From Oligoflexales bacterium (GTDB lineage Bacteria; Bdellovibrionota_B; Oligoflexia; Oligoflexales; RGVZ01): DNA of 59,025 nt. Position numbers and translations under genes: made by a program. This document shows positions 29,427 through 37,616 of this stretch, one piece after another. Every line of letters begins with the position of its first letter. The first letter of the stretch is position 1. The stretch is taken from assembly GCA_947476525.1 (NCBI GenBank), contig CANJQY010000002.1, forward strand, positions 1 through 59,025, read 5' to 3'. The notes under the pieces are model-generated. The model saw only the letters and a program-made list of their open reading frames with translations. It searched no databases and was not told where the DNA came from.

Positions 29427-31082
29427 CTAGGAAAATAAATTGTGGTTTATTTTTGCTAGATCAATGACGCCCTGCCTATCTTTATCTTTAACAAATTGGG
29501 AAATGGCCTGCCGAGCCTCTTTTACCTGATTGCGGTCTAGAAGCGCAGCCCCCATAAAAGGCTTAATCACCTCTTGAAGTCTGGGCTTCAGGCGTCTGAG
29601 AACATCCACTTGGCCATCTAACGAGTCGAGGTAGGCGGCGGCAGCTTTTGGGGTCACAAGTAAAAAAGCTTCAGTCAAAAGATCTTCAGGAAGTTTCGCG
29701 AGGGATGCATCTAAGAACATTTTTGCTCCGACACCATTCAGCGCGTGGGGCTGATCTCTTCCGATTTCTCCCAGAAGTGCGGCTCTTTGTTTGCCGTCAA
29801 GTGAATTCAAAGCATCCTCAAGTAAGGGTAGTTTATTGACGGCCACAATTTTCATGGCACCGCCCTTTTCGCTGTAAATACGCCTGGCCTTATGCACGGC
29901 TTGACGCACAAACTGATCCGACAACCTCTCTTGACCGGTTAGATACTTGACAAATTTCGCGACGAAAGCAGGCCCAGCACTTGCAAATAATTCTTGGCGA
30001 AGGCTCTGAGGTCCATTGACAATCAGGGCTAGTCCTTCGAGCTCTGTTAACTCTTCCATTAAGCCGATTAGTTCGTCAACTTCCATGCGGTCCATAAATG
30101 CGAATTCGTAGCTCAGAGGATCGGTGGTGACTCCCACTTTCGCGGCCGTGATTCGACGTTCAGACCTCTCCAAAAATTCCCAGAATTTCTCGGGGGAATC
30201 CGTGCCGGCGTAATCTTGGTATTTGACCGAAAGTGCTTCTAACGTACTTTCAAATTGCCCGCGTTGTTTGTAGGTGGCAAACAATTCGGGTCCGAAATAT
30301 TTTAAAATTCTGCACAGCTCGTCCAAATTACTTTGCTCTAGAAGCGACCTGATGGCGAATTCCGACAGCGCCGTATCCTCTTGATAGATACGCCTGACAT
30401 AAGCGGTTCGCTCCAAAAGTTGCTCTGCAGAAATTTTGGGGCCTTCCTGGGATGCCCCCTCTTCGGAGGCGAACGTTGCTAGGCCATTTTTAATTTTATG
30501 CCGGTAGCGAACAAAAATTCCAATGACGGCAAATGTTCCCAACAAACAAATGATGGTGATCCACGGCAGAAAAGGTGCGAATTCTTGTACGAGTAAATCA
30601 CCTCGGCTGAGCGGCAAAGGTTTTGGGGCTATTGGTACTGGAACTTGGGGTGCCGTTAAATCGGCCTTGGGCAGTAATTTTCTCGAAATAAGCGTCAAAT
30701 TAACGCCCCCCTGTTTGACGCGCTGGAGAAGTCGTTGGCGAAGTGCAGCTAATTTAGCTTCGTCAAAGGTGGGTTCGTAAGCAAACTCGCACTTGACGCC
30801 CGCCAATTTATATTGAACCGTTTTTGCACTTGGCTCAGAAGATCCCATGCCAGGCAGTGACGAGTCTTGGGTTTCATCTAGGGTGACAAATCTTGAGGCC
30901 TCGCAGCCGACTGAATTGCAGATGTTTATTGGACACTCCTCTTCTAACACCTGAGAAAATCTTTCAGATATGATCAACGCCTCAGACGCCACCACGGAGG
31001 GTGTCTGAATTCCTTGGCCAAAACATGGCTGAAGGGCGGTCGCCACTATAACCAAGGCACTGATATTAAAAAATATTCTCAT
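29427..31082 (-). CDS. bitopic membrane protein with an exported N-domain and a FliG/MgtE-N-like cytoplasmic domain (operon gene 6)
   Basis: Signal peptide, a Cys-containing ~140-aa N-domain, and one TM (about residues 168-192, PFLPWITIICLLGTFAVIGIFV). The ~350-aa helical C-terminal part contains LDGKQRAALLGEIG and ends ...MGAALLDRNQVKEARQAISQFVKDKDRQGVIDL, resembling the FliG C-terminal pattern. Confidence 0.6.
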   Translation of the reverse strand: MRIFFNISALVIVATALQPCFGQGIQTPSVVASEALIISERFSQVLEEECPINICNSVGCEASRFVTLDETQDSSLPGMGSSEPSAKTVQYKLAGVKCEFAYEPTFDEAKLAALRQRLLQRVKQGGVNLTLISRKLLPKADLTAPQVPVPIAPKPLPLSRGDLLVQEFAPFLPWITIICLLGTFAVIGIFVRYRHKIKNGLATFASEEGASQEGPKISAEQLLERTAYVRRIYQEDTALSEFAIRSLLEQSNLDELCRILKYFGPELFATYKQRGQFESTLEALSVKYQDYAGTDSPEKFWEFLERSERRITAAKVGVTTDPLSYEFAFMDRMEVDELIGLMEELTELEGLALIVNGPQSLRQELFASAGPAFVAKFVKYLTGQERLSDQFVRQAVHKARRIYSEKGGAMKIVAVNKLPLLEDALNSLDGKQRAALLGEIGRDQPHALNGVGAKMFLDASLAKLPEDLLTEAFLLVTPKAAAAYLDSLDGQVDVLRRLKPRLQEVIKPFMGAALLDRNQVKEARQAISQFVKDKDRQGVIDLAKINHNLFS

Positions 31083-31098
31083 TTAAAAATTCTCCCTT

Positions 31099-31758
31099 TC
31101 AAGGCTGATCTACTTTGGATTCAAGTTTTTTAATTTGCTCGCCGACCTGAGTATTTGGCTCAATTTCTTGTGCCTTGCGGTAAGTTTCCAGTGCTCCGTC
31201 ACGTTCTCCAATTTTTAAAAGTAACGAACCCTTAGTACGCAGGGTCTCCACGTGATTGGGATATCGTCCCAAAATTTGCTCTGCGTACTGCAAGGCAATT
31301 GAGTAGTCACCAGATTTTAGAAATTTTCTGATCATCTCTTGTGTCTTCAAAATACTGACGGGAGACGCCTTAGCGTTCATAGAGTACCCGGATTTTAAAT
31401 AGGATTCTTCAAGAGTTTTGTCTGCTGGTGTCGGTGCGTAGGGAACCAAAGCAAGTCCAACTGGTGACTGCGACGACTTCTGATCGATTAAAATCTGCTG
31501 CCCACTCATCAAGATTGGAATGAAGACTTCGGTCTGCGCCGACCCGTCTGAGTAGACGACTCGCACTACGTCGCGAGAATAGATCTGAGGCGCATCCTTT
31601 TTTCCAAGCTCTCTCGGAGGCAACGGCTTGGTCACCGAGTCACTGATGACATAAGTCCAAAATTCGCGGCCAGATATACAACTTGAAAGTGCCACACTAA
31701 AGAAAAGATAACTCCACAATATTCGCGGTGGCAGACTATACACAATTTTACGATTCAA
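31099..31758 (-). CDS. TPR-repeat lipoprotein (operon gene 5)
   Basis: Lipobox VALSSC. C-terminal TPR-like YSIALQYAEQILGRYPNHVETLRTKGSLLLKIGERDGALETYRKAQEIEPN. Confidence 0.65.
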   Translation of the reverse strand: MNRKIVYSLPPRILWSYLFFSVALSSCISGREFWTYVISDSVTKPLPPRELGKKDAPQIYSRDVVRVVYSDGSAQTEVFIPILMSGQQILIDQKSSQSPVGLALVPYAPTPADKTLEESYLKSGYSMNAKASPVSILKTQEMIRKFLKSGDYSIALQYAEQILGRYPNHVETLRTKGSLLLKIGERDGALETYRKAQEIEPNTQVGEQIKKLESKVDQP

Positions 31759-31766
31759 CTCTCACC

Positions 31767-32732
31767 TCACAGCATAAAAGGGAAAAAAACAGGATTATAA
31801 AAACTTATGCCCAAGCTCGCTCCACCCTTGGAGCCAGCGTTAATAAACACACCGAATGTCGAAGAAACCGCCGCTTGAACGCCAACGGAAAAAGATAAGC
31901 TATCTTGGACGGGATCGGGGCTTAAGGCCGCCTGTAGCGGAAAAAAGAGCTGACCGGACGCCGTAATCCTGCGATTAAATGGCAGCATGTAGCGGTACGT
32001 CAGTCCAATAGCTAAAGTCGGATTGACTAGACTCAAGGTCACGCCTGTAATGTGTTGGTTTAAGCTTCCCCACTGTTCTAAAAATGACATGTGAAAGAGT
32101 CCCGCTGGATAAAAACCCATGTCTATAAAAATATAAGCCAGACTTTCCCCTCGTTCTCTCCGGTCTAGTTCTTTAATTAGGCCAAGAGGCGGCTTTGCCT
32201 GATTTAACGTGATGCGGCCATCAGCCAAGTAGTGAAATAAAATGGCTCCGTCACTAATGCGCAATATTTTGAGTTCCACGCCAGACGCAGTCTCGGTTGT
32301 AAACACCACTGATTTGACACCTTGATAACGGGGATCTGAGGTTAACGCTAACAGGTCGGCGGTGGAAAGGTCTCCGCTATCAATGGAAATGGTGTGTTGT
32401 TTTGCGACGTGAAGGCGCTGCATATTGCAGTCATGGCATTGGATTAGATCCCCTGAGGCGGTCCAATATTTTTTAAAGATGGCCCATACTGCAGGTGCAA
32501 AATCGCTTTGGGATTCTGTCCACAGATGCCTTGGTGTCGCTACGAGCATGGGCGACACACTCGCAGAAAAGGACTCATCATTTGTGATTTTGTTTTGAAT
32601 GGCGTCATCTAAAAGTACCAAATCACTATTTGTTTGTTCCAGCATCGCAAAGGCAACAGACGGCTGGACGCACCACAGACTAACGACAACGAGAATTTTG
32701 GTGGAAATGTTTTTTGACTGAAATTTTACCAT
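31767..32732 (-). CDS. exported hypothetical protein, beta-barrel-like C-terminal half (operon gene 4)
   Basis: Start set at ATG 32732 (ATGGTAA overlap with the upstream stop). Signal peptide present. Strand-like segments in the C-terminal half. Confidence 0.55.
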   Translation of the reverse strand: MVKFQSKNISTKILVVVSLWCVQPSVAFAMLEQTNSDLVLLDDAIQNKITNDESFSASVSPMLVATPRHLWTESQSDFAPAVWAIFKKYWTASGDLIQCHDCNMQRLHVAKQHTISIDSGDLSTADLLALTSDPRYQGVKSVVFTTETASGVELKILRISDGAILFHYLADGRITLNQAKPPLGLIKELDRRERGESLAYIFIDMGFYPAGLFHMSFLEQWGSLNQHITGVTLSLVNPTLAIGLTYRYMLPFNRRITASGQLFFPLQAALSPDPVQDSLSFSVGVQAAVSSTFGVFINAGSKGGASLGISFYNPVFFPFML

Positions 32733-33949
32733 TTCACCACCATCCCAAGTCCCCACGCTTGAAACGACGTGCCCAGTATATCGTAGCTGCCGAGAACCTC
32801 GCTGTTGCTTAGTGCCGGCACTTTTTCTAAAAATGAAAACAGACCAAACCTGTGTTTGGCGTGTAGTTCCAGTCCCACTCGGTATGCGATATAGGTCGCC
32901 CTAGGCTCGCGCCTATCCCCACGTATGCTCGCAATGTCTAGTTCCTCCAGCCCGAAAGGCAAGGCACCAGGACCTCGAAGTCTGGTGTAATGAAAGCCTG
33001 CCAAAAAATAGAGGTCTGGATTTGCGAGACTCGGTTCTTGCTTGTTAAGAAGTTTTGCCAAGTGCCCACCGACCGAGTAGCCACTCATTACTTTTTCGAC
33101 GCTGGTTGCCCCCACGGTAAATGCGACTCGGGTACTTCGCCTCGGCAAGACGACGCCTTCGACACTTTGTTCTACAAAGAGCAGTGGAGTCACGTTAGAT
33201 GCGCCGGTGTTTCCAGCATTTTCCATTTTGAAATTCGTAAACGAAATCCGTGTGATAAATTGCAGGAGGTCTTCTTTGCGAAGCATCGTATTTTGGATAT
33301 CGCGTGCCTCTTGCAACGTCACCAAATGTTGATCGTTTTGCAATGCCAGTCGAGAAGACATGGACGTGGCGTATGACTTGGCCCAGACAATCGGTTGGCC
33401 AGGTTCGGCGAATGAAAACAATTGGGCACGCAATATGAGAGATTTGCCTTCGGCCTCAAACGACAAGCTCAGTCCCGTTTTGGCACCGCCAGACGATGCT
33501 AGCTCCTTGAGGAGCTCTGGCTGGTCGATGCCGCGGCCGATATAGGTGCCGGCCTTAGTCGATTTAACCACCATTTTCATGCAGGCACTGCACCTGGCAA
33601 GGCTTACCTTTGTCGAACTAATTTTCAGCAATAGATCAATCAAGTGATTCTCAATGACAAGAGAAAATTGCTCGTCTAGTCCGATGGGCGAATTAATTTC
33701 CGCCAGTGAAACCAATTGCAGACTAGAAAATGGGGGATGCAGTTCCCAGTCGTGCACGAGTTCATCTACTAAATCTGTGCCCATCCACCGAATATCTAAG
33801 GTAGCGCCTTGCTCCTCTGCAAAAGAGGAGCCTACCGTGAACAGCGTTATTGCCATCGTCAGTCCAAGGCGGCCAAGAACCTTGACGCCCTGCGTCACAA
33901 AATAGTTCGCAGAATAGTTCACAAATTTATTGTTTCCGAAGTGAATCAC
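32726..33949 (-). CDS. exported hypothetical protein, outer-membrane beta-barrel-like (operon gene 3)
   Basis: GTG start overlapping the upstream TGA (GTGA). Signal peptide ...LFTVGSSFA. Ends ...GLGMVVKW, an aromatic C-terminus as in many OM barrels. Confidence 0.55.
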   Translation of the reverse strand: MIHFGNNKFVNYSANYFVTQGVKVLGRLGLTMAITLFTVGSSFAEEQGATLDIRWMGTDLVDELVHDWELHPPFSSLQLVSLAEINSPIGLDEQFSLVIENHLIDLLLKISSTKVSLARCSACMKMVVKSTKAGTYIGRGIDQPELLKELASSGGAKTGLSLSFEAEGKSLILRAQLFSFAEPGQPIVWAKSYATSMSSRLALQNDQHLVTLQEARDIQNTMLRKEDLLQFITRISFTNFKMENAGNTGASNVTPLLFVEQSVEGVVLPRRSTRVAFTVGATSVEKVMSGYSVGGHLAKLLNKQEPSLANPDLYFLAGFHYTRLRGPGALPFGLEELDIASIRGDRREPRATYIAYRVGLELHAKHRFGLFSFLEKVPALSNSEVLGSYDILGTSFQAWGLGMVVKW

Positions 33950-34542
33950 AAGTCAAGCCACTCCTGACTATCATTTGCTTTATTTGCGAGACTCGACAGT
34001 GAGACTCCAATAAATTGTTTTGCATCGTCAACGCGGCGCACGACAACCTTCAAATTGGAATGGGGCTTGGAACTTTGAATTCGCAACACTCTAACTTTGG
34101 GAGCATACTGCACCAACGCAGTTTCAAAAACGGCTCGCACGTGTTTGCGCACCGCAAGGACATCCGTCAAGACTTCAATATTTAAACTGAGTGCCTCGCT
34201 TGCAGAATTTATTTTTTGTCTTTGATCATTGATTTGAGAAATTTTAAGTGCCACTTCCGTGGCGCGCAGTCCGGCATTTTCAGCCACGAATGTATAAAAG
34301 GAATTTCGGTCCCCGTACTCGAAAATTGTGGAGTCACACACATAAAAACCCCGGAGATTAAAAGTCGACGCTTTGCCGCGGCTTCCCAAATTTGTCGCCG
34401 CAAGTTCTTCGGCGTTTGCGGGTCGACAATTTGCGGGGACGTCGTCTTGGAGTCCCTGTTCATACCTTGATTCGGGGCTGAGGAAGGTCCCGTCTGATCC
34501 AAGACTGAGCAACGCCAAAATAGTTGCGTATATTTCAATCAA
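33946..34542 (-). CDS. hypothetical protein (operon gene 2)
   Basis: 198-aa ORF with a TTG start overlapping the upstream TGA (TTGA). Weak N-terminal hydrophobic segment. Confidence 0.45.
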   Translation of the reverse strand: MIEIYATILALLSLGSDGTFLSPESRYEQGLQDDVPANCRPANAEELAATNLGSRGKASTFNLRGFYVCDSTIFEYGDRNSFYTFVAENAGLRATEVALKISQINDQRQKINSASEALSLNIEVLTDVLAVRKHVRAVFETALVQYAPKVRVLRIQSSKPHSNLKVVVRRVDDAKQFIGVSLSSLANKANDSQEWLDL

Positions 34543-35207
34543 AACACACCCCCTTGAAGGGCTGAGGCGGTGTAGACTTTATTTTCAATAAATTTTGCGA
34601 AATTTTCTGACTGCTGACGACGATACGCTGAGCGAGAAACTGGCTTCCCAATTTCTGAGAGCATCAAGAATAGAGCTCCAATACCGAAATATTTTCTCTG
34701 GTGCACCATTAGTGGCCACGATCGGCTTTGATTTCCCCTTACTGCGGTTACAGTGAGTTTTGCCGATGAATCTACTTCTGCCAAACAAGGAAATAGGAAC
34801 CCGCTGGCAATCATGGGGACCAGCGACCAGCCACACATTCCAAAACCGGATTTGATTTCTTGGTAGGTCACGAGAATTTCCGGGGCGGTTATTTTTTTTG
34901 TAGCAGACTGGATTGGTGATTCTGTGTCCGAGTCTTCCTTTTCAGGCATATCCTCGACTACGGCCCCCATGTTCGCGACAATTTTTTTAATGAAAACACA
35001 GCCCTCTCCTTCCGAGATATTGCCGCCATCAGCATCACTGCAAATCACTTTTATGGGAATACCGTCTAGGCTAGTTGCGTGAATAGCTAAATCAACGGGC
35101 TCTACCCATTGGCCATGGGGGTAAACATAGCTAATGCATGACGCCAACAATGGTGTGACGGCAACCATTAAAAAAAGGAAAAAAAGTGAAAAAATCTTGC
35201 TGCGCAT
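34539..35207 (-). CDS. lipoprotein, hypothetical (operon gene 1)
   Basis: MRSKIFSLFFLFLMVAVTPLLASC is a signal peptide plus canonical lipobox. Confidence 0.6.
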   Translation of the reverse strand: MRSKIFSLFFLFLMVAVTPLLASCISYVYPHGQWVEPVDLAIHATSLDGIPIKVICSDADGGNISEGEGCVFIKKIVANMGAVVEDMPEKEDSDTESPIQSATKKITAPEILVTYQEIKSGFGMCGWSLVPMIASGFLFPCLAEVDSSAKLTVTAVRGNQSRSWPLMVHQRKYFGIGALFLMLSEIGKPVSRSAYRRQQSENFAKFIENKVYTASALQGGVF

Positions 35208-35422
35208 GAATACTTTCCGACCATGGGCCGCGAATTACCTGCCGGAAAACGCAGCATTTCTAAAAATTACCAATGTTGCTTCGAAATGAGTGACGAATTA
35301 AACTAGCAGCGCACACGAAAAAGATCTATCCTAATTTTTCCATGAAAAATAACTTATCTAAGCAAAATAAATTATCTAACAGGCATGGCTACAGCCATTA
35401 CGAAAACGGAAGAGAGTAAAAA

Positions 35423-36145
35423 ATGTTTACACCGATCATTGGGGTTATAACGCTCTGCGCAGTGTTTTTCGTGGCCGTAGCCGAAAGGTCCAACGCTCAA
35501 CTCGACTTCATCGATTATCACGCAGCGTTTGTCGTGTTGGGTGGAGTTGCCGGTGCTCTTTGTTTATCCATGGAACGCAGCTCGTTGTTGATGCTCTTAC
35601 AATCCGTTCGAGATCTTTTGCCCGGCTTTGGCAAAAGGAAATACGACTCCCAGCACGTTCGTCAGGAAATCGCCGAGCTTCGCGATGCTTGGCGAGGGGG
35701 CCAGCGCGCAAAGGTCTTAGATCTTGCCGATCACAGTAAATCTGCAGAAATTCGGATCGCTGCCGACGCATTGTTTAAACGCAAAAAGGGGGCTGCACTA
35801 TCCGAGGCCTTTGCTGAACTACGAACCGTCTACATAACCAAATACCAACCAGTGGTCGAGGGTTGGGATTTGGTGGGACGTTTAGCGCCATCTTTTGGGA
35901 TGGTAGGAACGGTCACTGGGATGATCCAGCTTTTCAAAAACATGGCCGAAAATTCTGGCAACATCGGTGGAGCCATGGGAATGGCCCTACTTGCGACCTT
36001 GTACGGCATTACTTTTGGCGCCTCAGTGGGTTCACCAATGGCGACTCGAGTGATGAACCGCATGAACGAGTATCTTGCATCCATGGATTTACTAGAGCAA
36101 ACAGTGGCGGCCCTTTCCGAAGCTGACGAGCAACAAAAATCTTAG
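35423..36145 (+). CDS. motA: MotA/PomA-family proton-channel (stator) protein
   Basis: 4-TM layout with a cytoplasmic loop. APSFGMVGTVTGMIQLF...IGGAMGMALLATLYGITFG aligns with the PomA/MotA TM3-TM4 block. RBS GGAAGAGAG. Confidence 0.8.
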   Translation: MFTPIIGVITLCAVFFVAVAERSNAQLDFIDYHAAFVVLGGVAGALCLSMERSSLLMLLQSVRDLLPGFGKRKYDSQHVRQEIAELRDAWRGGQRAKVLDLADHSKSAEIRIAADALFKRKKGAALSEAFAELRTVYITKYQPVVEGWDLVGRLAPSFGMVGTVTGMIQLFKNMAENSGNIGGAMGMALLATLYGITFGASVGSPMATRVMNRMNEYLASMDLLEQTVAALSEADEQQKS

Positions 36146-36166
36146 CTTGCCAAAGGAATTTAGCTT

Positions 36167-36808
36167 ATGAAGCATTGGCGTCCAAGTAGATCTCGCGCAA
36201 ACAACGAAGGTTGGCTTACCTCGTACGCCGATTTGATTACAAATTTGCTAATATTTTTCGTCCTTATTATTTCCGCGTCTCAGATGCAAAATGGCAAAAT
36301 GGAACGCATTATTGAATCCATGAATAACAAAAAGTCATCCCCAAGCATGACTCTGGCGAAAGCTAAAAAAGAACTTGAAAAGGTCCTCAAAGAGCAAAAT
36401 CTAGAAAAACAGGTGTCCGTTGACTTGACTGACAACGGCCTAGAGCTGGCCTTTCAGTCCGGCGTTATGTTTGCGTCGGGTAGCGCTCAAATTTTTGAGG
36501 CCATGGACGCTCCACTAGCGATCGTGCTCGACGCGATGGCGAGGTACCGAGAAAAGTACCATTTTGCCGTTGAAGGCCACACCGATGAAACACCTATTCG
36601 TTCAGACGCTTACCGAAGCAATTGGGAGTTGTCGAGTGCCAGGGCACTTGTTGTAAGAGACCGCCTTGAGTCGTCCGGCGCACCGAAGACAAAGATTCGT
36701 GTAGAGGCCTACGCCGACACGCATCCGTTAAAGCCAGAGAAGCTGCAAAACTTGACGCGCGATGAGGTGCTTTCACTGCACCGCCGTGTTGTCATTAGAC
36801 TCTATTAA
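36167..36808 (+). CDS. motB: MotB-family stator protein with an OmpA-like peptidoglycan-binding domain
   Basis: EGWLTSYADLITNLLIFFVLI (conserved Asp plus TM) and C-terminal GHTDETP...NWELSSARALVVRDRL. Confidence 0.8.
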   Translation: MKHWRPSRSRANNEGWLTSYADLITNLLIFFVLIISASQMQNGKMERIIESMNNKKSSPSMTLAKAKKELEKVLKEQNLEKQVSVDLTDNGLELAFQSGVMFASGSAQIFEAMDAPLAIVLDAMARYREKYHFAVEGHTDETPIRSDAYRSNWELSSARALVVRDRLESSGAPKTKIRVEAYADTHPLKPEKLQNLTRDEVLSLHRRVVIRLY

Positions 36809-36813
36809 AGCCC

Positions 36814-37560
36814 ATGGTAGGACTTAGAGAGTTTTCTCGTCTAATTTTGTTAATGGCATCACTTCAGATGGCAACTGGCTGTGCGACCGTTTTTAATTCA
36901 AAGATTACGTCCATGAAAATTGTCTCGAAACCACCTGGAGCGACCGTTATTGTGGGGGACGGTCTCGCTACGTGCAAGACACCTTGTGTGGTGAAACTAA
37001 AAACTGAAGAAAGCGTACCCGTAACTGCAACGTTAGAAGGATTTGCAAAGTATCAAGGGATCGTTACGAGAAGAATTGCGGCCTCTTTTTGGGTCAATTT
37101 TTCGGCAATCTGGTTTGCGCCGATTGGAATGTCCATCGACTATCTGACTAAAAATATGTGGACTTGGCGAAATTTGTCTATCAAGCTGATTCCAATAGGC
37201 GAAGAGGAAGAAACCCCGCCAGAAGCGGCACCTGAAGAGAAGATTGTAGATGCGGTGGTGGCACCACCCGCTCCACCTAGGCCGCCAATTTCAAGTGATT
37301 TACCAACGACCGTAGTACCAATAAAAAAATCTGGCACAGATCAGGCATCCACTAGCATTCGTTCAAAATTTCCGAAGGTCCTTGTTGAGCGCCGAGTAGA
37401 GTGGTTTTTTGGATCCCAAAATTCCGAAGAGCTGGGCAAACATGTCGAGTGCGTTTACCAGATCATGGAAAATCACCCTGGTGGCTATGATTTCCCCCTC
37501 GACGACGCCGTAAAATTGGCCAATGGACAAAAAAAGGAACCCTGTCAAAACAACCAGTAG
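36814..37560 (+). CDS. PEGA-domain lipoprotein
   Basis: Signal ending QMATGC. KIVSKPPGATVIVGDGLATCKTPCVV matches the PEGA motif region. Pro-rich linker. Lies 5 nt downstream of motB. Confidence 0.6.
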   Translation: MVGLREFSRLILLMASLQMATGCATVFNSKITSMKIVSKPPGATVIVGDGLATCKTPCVVKLKTEESVPVTATLEGFAKYQGIVTRRIAASFWVNFSAIWFAPIGMSIDYLTKNMWTWRNLSIKLIPIGEEEETPPEAAPEEKIVDAVVAPPAPPRPPISSDLPTTVVPIKKSGTDQASTSIRSKFPKVLVERRVEWFFGSQNSEELGKHVECVYQIMENHPGGYDFPLDDAVKLANGQKKEPCQNNQ

Positions 37561-37616
37561 AGCTCGCTAGATCTGGGTATGTTATTGTAAGTAAGGAATG
37601 CAACATATGTGATTCA

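Noticed and set aside
35423-36808. MotA/MotB homologues as a Zorya-type anti-phage system
   Set aside because: This MotA-like protein is only 240 aa, whereas ZorA proteins are much larger with a long tail. No ZorC/ZorD-like (helicase or nuclease) genes are adjacent.
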